A DNA stretch of 64,000 bases, from the NCBI GenBank assembly GCA_050015395.1, contig JBEKBM010000004.1:1-64000 (forward strand), written 5' to 3'. The DNA is from Candidatus Bathyarchaeia archaeon (lineage in GTDB: Archaea; Thermoproteota; Bathyarchaeia; Bathyarchaeales; Bathycorpusculaceae). Shown here piece after piece: positions 8,051-19,012 of this stretch (the first letter of the stretch is position 1; every line of letters begins with the position of its first letter). The notes under the pieces were generated by a model. The model saw only the letters and a program-made list of their open reading frames with translations, ran no database searches and was not told the DNA's origin. The translations under genes were made by a program, and so were the position numbers.

Positions 8051-9823
8051 TTGAACGCCGAAGCAAAATGTGCAAAACCGGAATGTGACAAGTTTACAGC
8101 CATAAACGAGTTAGCACGCCGCAGAGGATTTTTCTGGCCGTCATTTGAGATTTACGGTGGTAGCGGCGGCTTTGTAACTTATGGTCCCCTTGGTGCACGG
8201 TTGAAACAGAATATTGAAGCCAAGCTTAGAGAGCTTTTCGTCAAAAAAATCGGCATTTACGAAATGGAATCATCGGTAATTGCGCCCGAAAAAGTTTTCG
8301 AAGCGTCAGGTCACGTGGACCATTTCAAGGAGCCGATGGTGGAGTGCCAAAACTGTCATGGTCGTTTCCGAGCTGACCATTTGCTTGAGGCAAAAGGCAT
8401 TAGTTCGGCTGAAGCTGAAAAAATGAGTTTAAACGAGATTAAAGAAGAAATCGAGCGCCATGGCATAGTGTGCCCTGACTGCGGAGGCAAATTTGGTGAG
8501 CCCCAGCAGTTCTTAACAATGTTTAAAACCAATATTGGACCTTACTCGGAGGCTGTTGGTTACGGGAGACCTGAGGCGGCACAAAACATTTTCGTTGAAT
8601 TCAATCGCCTCTACAATGTTGCGCGCGAAAGGCTTCCTTTCGGAGTTATCCAAATCGGTCACGCTTTGCGTAATGAGATTTCGCCAAGGCAAGGCTTGAT
8701 TAGGTTGAGAGAGTTCACGATTGCTGATTTAGAGTTCTTCTTTGATCCTGAAGAGCCATGCTGCCATCTGCTTAGTGAAGTGGAAAACGAAGTATTGCCC
8801 ATTCTACTATGCGAAACAAGGCTGAAGAAATGCGAGGACACAACAGACCTCACAGTTAGAGAAGCGCTTGACCGGAAAATAATTCGCTCAGAATGGCAAG
8901 CGTTTTTCATGGCGATGGCGAAGAAACTTTTAATGGATCTCGGCGTACCAGCGGAGAAACAGCGGTTTATCGAAAAACTCACTTGGGAAAAAGCGCATTA
9001 CTCAAGCCAAAGCTTCGATCAAGAAGTTTTAGTTGACCGTTGGGGCTGGGTAGAAGTCTCTGGACATGCGTACCGAACAGATTACGATTTGAAGTGCCAC
9101 ATGAAAGCAAGCGGCGTCGACATGACCGTTTACAAAGAATACACTAATCCCGTCGAAAAAGAAGAGCTCACTGTTAAGCCAATTATGGCTAAGCTTGGTC
9201 CAGTATACAAGAAAGAAGCCTCAAAAGTGGCTGCGCTGCTTGCTAAGGTGCCTGCGCAGGAAGTTGCTGACGCCATGCAAAAGCAAGGTTACTTTAGGGT
9301 TGAAAACTATGAAGTCAAACCTGACCAAGTAGATATTAGCAGGCAAAAAACGATTGTTCGCGGCACCCGCTTCATACCGCATGTAGTTGAACCAAGTTTT
9401 GGCGCTGACAGGCTCTTTTACGCGGCATTGGAGTATGCTTACGGCATCAAGGACGACCGAGTTGTCATGAGTTTTCCAAGAAGCATTGCACCAGTTCAAG
9501 TTGGCGTTTACCCCTTAATGAGTAAAGATGGCTTAGACATAAAAGCAGTACAAGTGCAAAGGATGCTGGCGAATGAGGGTTTCCTGGTTGAATTAGACGA
9601 AACAGGCTCCATCGGTCGCCGTTATGCAAGAGCTGATGAGGCAGGCGTACAATTAGGAATAACCATAGATTACGATACGTTAAAAGATAACACTGTAACC
9701 ATACGAGACCGCGATAGTTGGCAACAAGTTCGAACCCAAGTCAAAGACCTACCAGAGCTCTTACGCAGTTACTTTCAAGAAAAAATAAACTTCGGAAATT
9801 TAGGTTTATTAATTGAAAGTTAA
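8051..9823 (+). CDS. glyS: glycine--tRNA ligase (dimeric, eukaryote/archaea type)
   Basis: RRGFFWPSFEIYGG, RPEAAQNIF, RNEISPRQGLIRLREF, EPSFG, GSIGRRYARADE. Confidence 0.97.
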   Translation: MNAEAKCAKPECDKFTAINELARRRGFFWPSFEIYGGSGGFVTYGPLGARLKQNIEAKLRELFVKKIGIYEMESSVIAPEKVFEASGHVDHFKEPMVECQNCHGRFRADHLLEAKGISSAEAEKMSLNEIKEEIERHGIVCPDCGGKFGEPQQFLTMFKTNIGPYSEAVGYGRPEAAQNIFVEFNRLYNVARERLPFGVIQIGHALRNEISPRQGLIRLREFTIADLEFFFDPEEPCCHLLSEVENEVLPILLCETRLKKCEDTTDLTVREALDRKIIRSEWQAFFMAMAKKLLMDLGVPAEKQRFIEKLTWEKAHYSSQSFDQEVLVDRWGWVEVSGHAYRTDYDLKCHMKASGVDMTVYKEYTNPVEKEELTVKPIMAKLGPVYKKEASKVAALLAKVPAQEVADAMQKQGYFRVENYEVKPDQVDISRQKTIVRGTRFIPHVVEPSFGADRLFYAALEYAYGIKDDRVVMSFPRSIAPVQVGVYPLMSKDGLDIKAVQVQRMLANEGFLVELDETGSIGRRYARADEAGVQLGITIDYDTLKDNTVTIRDRDSWQQVRTQVKDLPELLRSYFQEKINFGNLGLLIES

Positions 9824-9894
9824 GCAGCTAACTTTTTTAATGAACACTTGATAGTAACATGATAAATCAGGGATAGTTATAGGCGGGGGAACAA

Positions 9895-10554
9895 GTGGTA
9901 CTTCCATCAGAAACAGAAGAGCGCGTGAAACGGAGAGCCCTAAACGCTTGCCAAGATAACCTACGCAAGGTTGTAGATGTCTCAAGGAAAATTCCTCAAC
10001 TTGCTGAGTGTTTTGCAAGCGGCGACAGGGAAAACGCTAGAAAGCTCTTCAGCGAAATCAGAACAGGCGAAGAAGAAGTTGTCAAAGCAAGACGCATGGT
10101 TTCTCAAGAGCTAGCAGAGATAGGCGCCATTTTGATTGCTCGTGAAGACTTCTTGAGATTTACAAATTTATCAAGCGAAATAGCCGATTTCTCAGAAGGA
10201 ATCGCTTATTATTTAGTTGAAATAATGGAGCACAACTGGAACATTTCACCAGATGTCAAAAAAGACTTGCTTAAGCTGTCTTTAGCTGTCTTGGACACGG
10301 TGCTTAAGCTCAGGGAAACAATGATGGTTCTAAACTACGGCTCACAAAAAACCCTGGAAAGAGCTAAAGACGTGGAAATCGCTGAGCGAATAGTTGACGA
10401 CCAGTACCGAGCATTAACCATAAAAGTTCTCAACGGCAAACTTGACGTTCCAGTACTCCTACTTCTAAGAGAAATCCTTCAACTGCTAGAAAACAGCGCT
10501 GACAAAGCTGAAGACGCTGCGGACGCCGCACGGATGCTTTCGTTTATCATGTAA
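9895..10554 (+). CDS. DUF47 / PhoU-like phosphate transport regulator
   Basis: all-helical; REDF...IAD and LENSADKAEDAAD motifs. Confidence 0.8.
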   Translation: MVLPSETEERVKRRALNACQDNLRKVVDVSRKIPQLAECFASGDRENARKLFSEIRTGEEEVVKARRMVSQELAEIGAILIAREDFLRFTNLSSEIADFSEGIAYYLVEIMEHNWNISPDVKKDLLKLSLAVLDTVLKLRETMMVLNYGSQKTLERAKDVEIAERIVDDQYRALTIKVLNGKLDVPVLLLLREILQLLENSADKAEDAADAARMLSFIM

Positions 10555-10569
10555 CAAGAGTCGACTTCA

Positions 10570-11124
10570 ATGTCAAAAATAAAAGTTGAGCTCATCGATA
10601 ACTTCTTAGTTGTGTGGGATTCTACTGAAGGCTCTCAACTGTACAGAGCGGGGTATTATGGGAAGCCAGTTGGGATTCCTAAACCTAAAATTCCAGAGTT
10701 TGATGCTCCACTAATTTTGGATTTGATGGAAGGCTTATACCTTGTTGAGAACAAGAAAATAGAAATTTACGAGGATCCTGACGTGAGCAAGGTTAGCCTC
10801 AAAAAACTGAGACAAAAAGCTAAACAGTTATACGATGAATTTGAAGAAAAATACGCTGTTTACCACGACCTCCGAGACAGCGACTTAATCGTTACGCCCG
10901 GAATAAAATTTGGCTGCGACTTCGCCGTTTACAAGTACGGTCCAGGCGTTGAACATGCCCCTTACATGGTCTCGGTTAAGAAGGCAGGCTCAGACATTTC
11001 AGCCACAGAAATCGTCAAGGCAGGACGACTAGCCACAACAGTGCGGAAACGCTTCATAATCGCTGTCCCAGATTTGGCTGCAGAGAAAGTGAAGTACCTG
11101 ATTTTCAAATGGTTTAAGGCGTGA
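10570..11124 (+). CDS. endA: tRNA-intron endonuclease (catalytic subunit)
   Basis: YGKPVGIPKPK loop, LDLMEGLYL, GIKFGCDFAVY..GPG.EHAPY, RLATTVRK. Confidence 0.93.
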   Translation: MSKIKVELIDNFLVVWDSTEGSQLYRAGYYGKPVGIPKPKIPEFDAPLILDLMEGLYLVENKKIEIYEDPDVSKVSLKKLRQKAKQLYDEFEEKYAVYHDLRDSDLIVTPGIKFGCDFAVYKYGPGVEHAPYMVSVKKAGSDISATEIVKAGRLATTVRKRFIIAVPDLAAEKVKYLIFKWFKA

Positions 11125-11130
11125 ATTTAA

Positions 11131-11529
11131 TTATTCCCAAATTCTCTTAACCCAATCTATTCTATCAAAGTCTTTGTCGCTCGAGTATATTTCGTTAATC
11201 TTGTACTCGCTCATTATTTGCAAAGTTAACGAATCAACGAAACTGATCTGTTTTTTGTTCATGACTTCCAAAGAGGGAAGAAAATTTTCCCACGCTACAC
11301 TTACTTTGTTTATTGATATGTATGAGTTGATGGCTATTAGAAAATTTCCGATTTCCTTCTTCCGATGATTGTACTCTAACCACTTAATTACTTCCTGAAT
11401 AATTGACAAGCTTATTGCGGCTTCCTCGCCTCTTTCAATTCTTTGAAGAATCCTTTCGGAAATCTCATAATCTTCTTGAGGAGATTGCATTATTTGATAA
11501 ATGAAAACATTTGCATCTACGAACCTCAT
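11131..11529 (-). CDS. vapC: VapC family PIN toxin
   Basis: FVDANVF, QE, SFVD, YSSDKDFD. Confidence 0.9.
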   Translation of the reverse strand: MRFVDANVFIYQIMQSPQEDYEISERILQRIERGEEAAISLSIIQEVIKWLEYNHRKKEIGNFLIAINSYISINKVSVAWENFLPSLEVMNKKQISFVDSLTLQIMSEYKINEIYSSDKDFDRIDWVKRIWE

Positions 11530-11796
11530 CTACTTAGCCCTCGATAATTTTTCTTCTATTCCTGCCGCCGACGCTTTTAACAGCTCTTGATTTATTGGCT
11601 CCCTAACTTTCACGCCCTTAGCTAAACCTCTTAGCAGTTCTGTTGGGTTTGGAACAGTATTCGGGGGCAAAATGACTACTCTGTTATCTATTATTTCCAG
11701 CGTCACGCAGTCGCCTTCATTTATTCCTAGTTTTTGTCGGATGCTGGCTGGGATCGTAATCTTCCCCTTTTGGAGCACCTTAACTTGTTCACCCAA
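11530..11796 (-). CDS. AbrB/MazE family antitoxin
   Basis: KGKITIPASIRQKLGINEGD; abuts vapC. Confidence 0.9.
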   Translation of the reverse strand: MGEQVKVLQKGKITIPASIRQKLGINEGDCVTLEIIDNRVVILPPNTVPNPTELLRGLAKGVKVREPINQELLKASAAGIEEKLSRAK

Positions 11797-11903
11797 AATC
11801 GGTCACCATAATATCATAGACGGGGTTACTTAATAAGATTACATTTTTATGATTACAATTTTAGGAATTAATTTTTAAAAGAAAGGGATAAGGCAGATAG
11901 CGC

Positions 11904-13202
11904 TTAGTTTGCTATTATTGTTTGGTTTTGGAATTCTCCTCGGATGTATTGGTGCGGGTAAATCTTTGACGCTACGAGGGAGCATCCTTCTTCTAGTTTT
12001 ACGTCGTCTGCGATTACTGAGACGGCGGTTATTTTTGTTGGTTTACGCTGGCTTGAGTTAACAACTACGTGTCTGCCGATTATGCTTTCGAATACTTCAG
12101 CGTTTTCTCCGATTATCACCCTGTCCATTACTGCTGAATTGGATACTACAGCGTTTTTGCCTATTCTAGTGAAATTGTCAATGCATGAATCCACGATTCT
12201 TGCGCCATCTTCAATTTGGCAATGTCTCCCAATCAAAACAGCGCCCTCAAGGGTGATTTTCTTTTGTTTTATTTTATGGATAATTTCTAGACGGCATTTT
12301 TCTGAATCATTGCTTTCTCCCTGAACCCAAATTTGGCTTCCCTCATTTAATCTTCCGCCGAAATCGTTCAGGGTTGAGAAGCCGCCGTGCAGCATGTTCT
12401 TCATGGCTTCTAAGTAGCTTTTAGGTGTGCCCACGTCAAACCAGTTGCCTTTCAACGTGTAACCATACACTGGGCGTCCAGTCTGAATCACGTAGGGAAT
12501 GAAGTCGTAACCGAAGTCTAACCTGTTTCTTTCTTTAATGATTTGTTGAACGCCTTTTTCCTTGAAAATCTTTTTCACTTCAGGTGATAACACGTACAAA
12601 CCTGTGTTCGCAAGGTTACTAGGAGCGTCTTTAGGCAGTGGCTTTTCGACAAATCTTTGTATGCGACCGTTCTTGTCGATGTCAGCTATGCCTAAGCCTT
12701 CAACGTCCTCAACTTCCCGCAGGACGATGGTTAAAGCGGCGCATTTTTCCTTATGATAATCAATTAAGCTCTTCACTTTTATGTCAAAAATGTTGTCGCC
12801 TTGTACTGCGAAAACTGGGTTGTTAAGTTCGTAATACTCCATGTTTATTCTTGCTGAATCAGCGCTTCCCAAATCATCAACGTTAGGCTGATATTTTATG
12901 TGGATGCGTGGCTTTATGTTGTAGCGTGCTGAGAATCCGTAGCCTGACTCAAAGTAATCATACAGGTCTCGGTAGTTGGTGTAGCCTTTAACTCCGAAGA
13001 TAAAGTTGCGAATGCCCTGACTTGCCAGCGACAAAAGAGAAAACTCCACAAGCGGCCTGTTCAAAAAGCGTAGGCAGGCTTTGCTTGTTTCAGCCGTCAA
13101 CGGCAAGAGGCGTGTTGCTTTTCCGCCTACTGGAATGATTACTCTTATCTTTTCAGGAGCATAGCTGTCTCCTACTAGAGGGGCATAATGGTCGCTCAAC
13201 AC
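11904..13202 (-). CDS. NDP-sugar synthase (sugar-1-phosphate nucleotidyltransferase with hexapeptide repeats)
   Basis: GGKATRLLPLT...K, GDNI, FVEKP, NTGLY, WFDVGTP, C-terminal left-handed beta-helix repeats. Confidence 0.9.
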   Translation of the reverse strand: MLSDHYAPLVGDSYAPEKIRVIIPVGGKATRLLPLTAETSKACLRFLNRPLVEFSLLSLASQGIRNFIFGVKGYTNYRDLYDYFESGYGFSARYNIKPRIHIKYQPNVDDLGSADSARINMEYYELNNPVFAVQGDNIFDIKVKSLIDYHKEKCAALTIVLREVEDVEGLGIADIDKNGRIQRFVEKPLPKDAPSNLANTGLYVLSPEVKKIFKEKGVQQIIKERNRLDFGYDFIPYVIQTGRPVYGYTLKGNWFDVGTPKSYLEAMKNMLHGGFSTLNDFGGRLNEGSQIWVQGESNDSEKCRLEIIHKIKQKKITLEGAVLIGRHCQIEDGARIVDSCIDNFTRIGKNAVVSNSAVMDRVIIGENAEVFESIIGRHVVVNSSQRKPTKITAVSVIADDVKLEEGCSLVASKIYPHQYIRGEFQNQTIIAN

Positions 13203-13836
13203 TTCACCAACAATTTATAGTTATAAAGATAGGTTGTATGCTAATCCTTTTAATGTTTCTTATGAACTGCAATGCATAAAAAAGCAAAGCCATTCACCAA
13301 ATTTATTTTCATGAAGTGTCCTTTACGTGGCGTAAATCCAATGTTAGGGGGGACATTAATTTGTCACATTTTTTGCCATTGAAGTTTCGGGTGAGTTTTT
13401 AAATTTCTGAGTAAAGATGGGCAAGAATGCAGTTTGGACCGACCTTTGATGGACCTGTAGGACTTATGCGGTAGAGTGAGGTTATGGGTTGATTCTTGCG
13501 ACTATATCAGTTTTCAGTGGTGAAAAAACAAGTCTGGGTTCACTTTTGAAGGCTCATACACCCGACAGCCCATTCTATTTTGTTCTCGTATTTTTCAGCG
13601 TGCAGGCGGGGAGTGCTGGTCAATTTGTTCTCGAAATTGATAGCTAAATGAGGAGAGGTGCAAGATAGTTTTTAGCTGGTGAAACCGTGTTTAAAAATGA
13701 GGTACGGATAGGTATGCGCACTATTGAGTGAAAATTACCTCAAAAGTGCGGGTATGCCTCGCTTTGCCAGTGTCTCAAACAAGCCTTTGTATGCCAGTCA
13801 CGGCCGCATGTAAAAAATAGTGTTAAGATGGTTAAC

Positions 13837-14127
13837 CTATGGTTTAGGCTGTTTAGTCCACTCTTCTTTTACGAGTTTAGTAATGTTATCTAGGTTTGGC
13901 TGCGCTGTAAGGTCGGCAATAACATTGTTCAGTTCGTTCTTAATTAACAAAGAGACTTCATTCGGTCTTAGCGGTTCTGGTCTTGTAGCTTGATAAACTC
14001 TCAAGGCACGCAAACAAAACTTGACCATTAATTTTTGCTGTTGGTTCTGTAAATCTGAAAGTTCGTTTTTGCTATTTTTCATTAGCTTGTCAAAACTATT
14101 TGAATCCCATTTTCCTTCTTCGGTCAT
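13837..14127 (-). CDS. hypothetical protein
   Basis: 96-aa ORF co-oriented downstream of pyrG. Confidence 0.6.
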   Translation of the reverse strand: MTEEGKWDSNSFDKLMKNSKNELSDLQNQQQKLMVKFCLRALRVYQATRPEPLRPNEVSLLIKNELNNVIADLTAQPNLDNITKLVKEEWTKQPKP

Positions 14128-14196
14128 TTTTAAACAATCCTTACCGTCTCATGTCAATCATGGATTATAGCCTTTTCTACTAATTGCTCCTAATTG

Positions 14197-15825
14197 CTAA
14201 GAAATAATGGCTTTTGGTTTTCCAAGCTTCTTATTAATGCATGCTTGGATAAACCCGAAGTATTCAGGTGAAGGTCTTCCAGGTCGGCTCTTGAATTCTC
14301 CATGGAACTGAGAGGCAAAGAAGAAGTAGTTTTTTGGCAACTCTAAGGTTTCCATTCTTCTGCCGTCAGCGCTTTTGCCAGTGAAGCATAAACCATTGTT
14401 TCTTAGGTTTTCTTGGTAGTCCAAGTTAACTTCAAAGCGGTGTCTGTGGCGCTCGTAAATTTCTTCCTGCCCGTACATGCTATAGGCAAGCGTACCTTTT
14501 TGCAAAACCACTTTGTGCGCACCCAAGCGCATCGTTGCGCCCTTAATTTCTATACCACGCTGTTCAGGCATAAGGTCTATGACTGGATGTGGAGTTTCAG
14601 GATTAATTTCCGTGCTATTTGCATCTTTTAAGCCGCAAACGTTTCGGGCGTACTCGATGACTGCTAATTGGAAACCGTAACAAATGCCTAAGAATGGAAT
14701 ATCATTCTCTCTAGCAAACTGGACAGCTGCAATTTTGCCTTCAGTTCCTCTTGGACCAAATCCGTAAGGAACGAAAACTCCGTCAAAATTGGCAAGGTCT
14801 TTTACGCATTGAAGTTCGTGCTCAAGTTTCTCAGCTTCTAAGTAAGAGATGCAAACCTTAGTCTTGCATGCGCCGCCACCGTGCCGAAGTGCCTCGGTCA
14901 TGCTTACGTAACTGTCAGTTAACCCAGCATATTTGCCTACTAACGCTATCTTTACTTCATTTTCTGGATTTACCAGACCGTCAACGAACTGTTGCCAAGC
15001 ACCGAAATCTTTAGTCTCACATTTAAGGGCTAATCTTTGACAGATAAAATCGCCCATGCCCTGCTTATCTAAAATAAGCGGCACCTGATAGACGGATTCA
15101 GCGTTATAGGAGCAGAAAACGGCGCTTTCGGGAATAGTGCCGAATAACGCTATTTTTCTGAGGGCTTCAGCATCAATCATTTTGGGGCTTCTAGCCACTA
15201 TAGTATCTGGTTGAATACCGATGCCTCTTAACTCATTAACGCTGTGCTGTAAGGGTTTAGTTTTCATTTCACCAGTAACATCCAAAATCGGCACCAAAGC
15301 CAAATGTACATAAAGCGTATTCTCATAGCCTTCCTCCATACGCATCTGGCGAATAGCTTCCAGAAACGGTAACCCTTCAATGTCGCCAACTGTTCCGCCA
15401 ACTTCAGTCAAAACAATCTCGGCGCATGCGGCTTTGCCAACGATTTTAATGCGATTTTTAATTTCGTTAGTGATGTGCGGCACAATTTGTACACATCGTC
15501 CTAAAAAGTCGCCTCGCCGCTCTTTCTCAATAACAGCTTTATAAACCATGCCAGTGGTTAAGTTGTTTTCTTGTTTGAGGCTTAAATCTAAGAAGCGTTC
15601 GTACCAGCCTAAATCTAAGTCGGTTTCTCCGCCGTCGTCGGTCACAAAGACTTCCCCATGCATATAGGGATTCATCGTTCCCGCATCAACATTTACGTAA
15701 GGGTCGATTTTTACAACTGTAGGCTTTAATCCTCGAGCCTGAAGCATTTTACCGATGGAAGAAGTCAATATGCCTTTGCCGACCGAACTTAACACGCCGC
15801 CTGTCACGAAAATATACTTAACCAT
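14197..15825 (-). CDS. pyrG: CTP synthase
   Basis: KYIFVTGGVLSSVGKG, HGEVFVTDDG, KTKPLQHSV, GICYG, ERHRHRFE, QFHGE; start moved to MVKYIF. Confidence 0.97.
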   Translation of the reverse strand: MVKYIFVTGGVLSSVGKGILTSSIGKMLQARGLKPTVVKIDPYVNVDAGTMNPYMHGEVFVTDDGGETDLDLGWYERFLDLSLKQENNLTTGMVYKAVIEKERRGDFLGRCVQIVPHITNEIKNRIKIVGKAACAEIVLTEVGGTVGDIEGLPFLEAIRQMRMEEGYENTLYVHLALVPILDVTGEMKTKPLQHSVNELRGIGIQPDTIVARSPKMIDAEALRKIALFGTIPESAVFCSYNAESVYQVPLILDKQGMGDFICQRLALKCETKDFGAWQQFVDGLVNPENEVKIALVGKYAGLTDSYVSMTEALRHGGGACKTKVCISYLEAEKLEHELQCVKDLANFDGVFVPYGFGPRGTEGKIAAVQFARENDIPFLGICYGFQLAVIEYARNVCGLKDANSTEINPETPHPVIDLMPEQRGIEIKGATMRLGAHKVVLQKGTLAYSMYGQEEIYERHRHRFEVNLDYQENLRNNGLCFTGKSADGRRMETLELPKNYFFFASQFHGEFKSRPGRPSPEYFGFIQACINKKLGKPKAIIS

Positions 15826-16251
15826 TGCTTTCCCCCACAATAACCTACACCTTTCAAGCTGACTTAATATAACTCTTTTGTGTACGGAGCTGCAAAAACG
15901 TGCAATCAAGAATGATTTACTTTAGACGGGTGAACAGACTAATGAGGCGCCGGTTGCCTGTATCTGCGGTTGTGCATCAACCCGCGCATAATAAACCATT
16001 ACCAATCAAGATTAATACGATAGGCCAAAAACAAGAAACCGCTTCTCATGGGCAGGATTAAGTTACTCCTTGCATCCTTATCATTGGAACTTTCGATTAT
16101 GCGATTAGATTGGATTATAAAGGCATAAGTGGAAATCACGCAACTTAGCGAAATTGGCTTTTGCTTTTTTCAATGGCTTTTTTTGGCGATGCTTATTTGC
16201 ATGATGGCTTAACTACTTTGAGAGCGCTAAGGGAAAGGGGAAAGTGAATCA

Positions 16252-16623
16252 TTGAGTACTGAGCATCCTAGAATTAAAAGGGAAAAAAAGACCATTGAAG
16301 CAATGATCCGCATCTATTGCAAGGGCGGCCACCATGAAACAGAAGGCAATGAGTTATGCCAAGAATGCAGCCAACTTTTCGAGTACGCAAAAACGCGGTT
16401 GAATAAATGCCCTTTTCAAGAGAAAAAAACGACCTGTGGAAAATGCCCAGTACATTGTTATCAGCCTCAAATGAGGGAGCAAGTAAAGAAGGTTATGCGA
16501 TACTCTGGACCACGTATGCTTTTGCATCATCCAGGCTTAGCTATGCATCATGCTGTTGACGGGTTTAAGAAACCGAAGAAAAAAGCCGTGAAAAACCAGC
16601 AGAAGTATTCAGCGGCAGTCTGA
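16252..16623 (+). CDS. nitrous oxide-stimulated promoter family (YgbA-like) protein
   Basis: REKKTI..MIRIYC...H, LC.EC, CPF...K..C.KCP.HCY, VMRYSGPRM. Confidence 0.85.
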   Translation: MSTEHPRIKREKKTIEAMIRIYCKGGHHETEGNELCQECSQLFEYAKTRLNKCPFQEKKTTCGKCPVHCYQPQMREQVKKVMRYSGPRMLLHHPGLAMHHAVDGFKKPKKKAVKNQQKYSAAV

Positions 16624-16730
16624 ATCGCTTTAACTGTAGAAACCGTCGGCTAACAAAAAGTTCTGGCCTGTTATCTATTAACACATGAGATATTAGAAAG
16701 ATTTTTATATTCTCTCTGACCTCCATATAA

Positions 16731-18416
16731 TTGATTATAGTTATGGGAATAAATAAGATAGTAAATTCTATTGATTTTGCTCAATCAAAGCCCGATAAGC
16801 AGACTTACCCATTAATACATTCTTCAAAAATCTCTCCTTTCCAAGACATAGATAACGGTGATAACAGCAGGGATTTGCTTGAAGAGTTAGGAATAAGCAG
16901 TCAACAATTCCGAATTTTATTTGGCAATCTACCTCAAGGCGTGGCTTTGTATAAAATGGTTTTTGACAAAGACGGCGCGCCTGTTAATTTCATTCTCCTT
17001 AAGAGTAACAAGGTATATGATGATATTCATTCTTTTAAAAGACAACGAATTGGAAAGAAAGCAATAGCGTTTAATCCTAAAATAAAAGATGACTCCGTAG
17101 ACTGGATAGGCATTTACGGCAGGGTAGCTATCACTGGTGTGCCAGAGCATTTTGAAGCTTACTGTAAGCCTCAGGATAAATGGTATCAAGTTTACGCTTA
17201 CAGTCCAAAGAAGACCTATTTTGTTTCAGTATTTATGGATATAACTGAGCAAAAACAGAAAAATGCAAGAGAGCTTGAGGAACGAGGGAGATGGGAGCAG
17301 CAACTTGTTATTTCAGAAAAAAGGTACCGCATGCTCTACGAGACATCTCAAGACGGAATCATGGCACGTGATCTGCAGGGACGAATGATTGGTTGCAACA
17401 AAGCCTACGCGAAAATGTTTGGTTACTCAAAAAAAGAACTAAGGCACATAACTGTCCAGCAGTTACTGCCTGAGAAGTGGCAGGAACAAAGCGAAAAAAT
17501 CGTTAATAAAACGCTGCGAACTGGGTGCTCCATTGTTTTGGAAATAGAATACAAGCATAAGGATGGCTCGGTTTTTCCGGCGTCTGTTAGAACTTGGCGG
17601 TTGACTGACGGAAAAGGAAAAGTAATAGGCATATGGTGCATTGTTCGAAACATCACCGAACAAAAGGAGTTTCAAAAAAATCTATTAGAACACGCGGGAA
17701 TTTTAGAAAAAATAATTGAGGACCGAACTAAGCAGCTTAAAGATTCTGAGCGTTTAGCAGCTATTGGTCAAACTGCAGGTATGGTTGGGCATGACCTTCG
17801 CAATCCACTGCAATCAGTAATCGGCGAATTATATCTTGCAAGAAGTGAAGTTGAAACGCTTCCTCAAAGCGAACTCAAGAGCAATTTACAGGAAAGCATA
17901 CAGATAATAGAAGAGCAAGCGGTCTACATGGACAAGATTGTTTCTGACTTGCAAGCGTTCGTACGCCCAGTCAAAATAGATAAACAACCAATCAACCTAA
18001 AGGAACTTGTTACCGTTGTCTTAGGTTCCGTTGCCATTCCAGAAAACATTAACATGAACGCTTGCATGAAAACAGCTTTTCCACAAGTGAAAGCTGACCC
18101 ACAACTCCTAAAGAGGGTTCTAATCAACCTAGTAACTAACGCGGTGCAAGCCATGCCAGACGGCGGAAAATTAACCATAAGCGCACAAGTTAACAGCCAA
18201 AGTCAAGCAGTTGTAACCGTGGAAGACACAGGCGTAGGCATACCTGAAAAAATTAAACCCCAAATCTTTACGCCTTTATTCACTACTAAACCAAGAGGGC
18301 AAGGCTTCGGCTTAGCCGTCTGCAAACGAGTAATAGAAGCGCACGGCGGCTCTATCAATTTTGAAAGCCAAGTGGGCAAAGGAGCAAAATTCACAATTCA
18401 GTTTCCAGCCAGTTAA
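16731..18416 (+). CDS. PAS-domain sensor histidine kinase
   Basis: two PAS-like regions; HDLRNPL H-box, NLVTNAVQA, DTGVGI, FTPLFTTK, GFGL. Confidence 0.93.
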   Translation: MIIVMGINKIVNSIDFAQSKPDKQTYPLIHSSKISPFQDIDNGDNSRDLLEELGISSQQFRILFGNLPQGVALYKMVFDKDGAPVNFILLKSNKVYDDIHSFKRQRIGKKAIAFNPKIKDDSVDWIGIYGRVAITGVPEHFEAYCKPQDKWYQVYAYSPKKTYFVSVFMDITEQKQKNARELEERGRWEQQLVISEKRYRMLYETSQDGIMARDLQGRMIGCNKAYAKMFGYSKKELRHITVQQLLPEKWQEQSEKIVNKTLRTGCSIVLEIEYKHKDGSVFPASVRTWRLTDGKGKVIGIWCIVRNITEQKEFQKNLLEHAGILEKIIEDRTKQLKDSERLAAIGQTAGMVGHDLRNPLQSVIGELYLARSEVETLPQSELKSNLQESIQIIEEQAVYMDKIVSDLQAFVRPVKIDKQPINLKELVTVVLGSVAIPENINMNACMKTAFPQVKADPQLLKRVLINLVTNAVQAMPDGGKLTISAQVNSQSQAVVTVEDTGVGIPEKIKPQIFTPLFTTKPRGQGFGLAVCKRVIEAHGGSINFESQVGKGAKFTIQFPAS

Positions 18417-18709
18417 GGCTCAACCATTTCCTTCTCTTTTTCAGTTCTTTCCAATTTCTGCCTGAAACTGTAAACGAAGGCTATGAACCAGAATGCAACG
18501 GTTGCCCATCCTAAAGCGAAACCAATTATGTTTCCCAAAAGATAGTAGGCTACTTCAAAGCCAACGATGGAGACAAACGTTAAGAAAGAACCAATGATGC
18601 TATAGCCACGTAGCACTTTTCTGTTTTTAATAACCGCTCTTAACATTAACATCAAGGCGGTAAAATTTATTATGCTCGCGAAACTTAAAGCTAAATTAGC
18701 CGCGTCCAT
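18413..18709 (-). CDS. small membrane protein
   Basis: 98 aa, three hydrophobic helices. Confidence 0.6.
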   Translation of the reverse strand: MDAANLALSFASIINFTALMLMLRAVIKNRKVLRGYSIIGSFLTFVSIVGFEVAYYLLGNIIGFALGWATVAFWFIAFVYSFRQKLERTEKEKEMVEP

Positions 18710-18850
18710 TTTACCCTTTTTCCTTAAGCCTCAACGGTTTGCCACAACTTAAGACTTACGGAGACACCAAGCTCTAAGATGTAAAATACCTTAAATCCAA
18801 TCATTACCATTGTTAGCTAATCCGCGAAGGAGAGGAGTGAACAAGAAAAA

Positions 18851-19012
18851 GTGATTTCGCGAGATTGTGACGGCTGCGAGCTACAGAAGACATGCATTAA
18901 ACGCTACATAAAAGTTTCTGAAGGCGAAAAAGTCTACTGTCCAGACGGAACAGCACACTTAGTAGACAAAGCAAGCACAGCAGAACCGCCTGTTCAAAGA
19001 AGAGTAGCCTAA
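18851..19012 (+). CDS. 53-aa Cys-rich (probable metal-binding) micro-protein
   Basis: translated by hand: (M)ISRDCDGCELQKTCIKRYIKVSEGEKVYCPDGTAHLVD...; below the ORF-track cutoff. Confidence 0.55.
   Translation: MISRDCDGCELQKTCIKRYIKVSEGEKVYCPDGTAHLVDKASTAEPPVQRRVA

Noticed and set aside
13203-13836. 630-bp gap with an AAAAGTGCGGG match to repeat copy C
   Set aside because: Match is only 11 bp and the neighbouring blocks are in the wrong order; no ORF or RNA structure supported.
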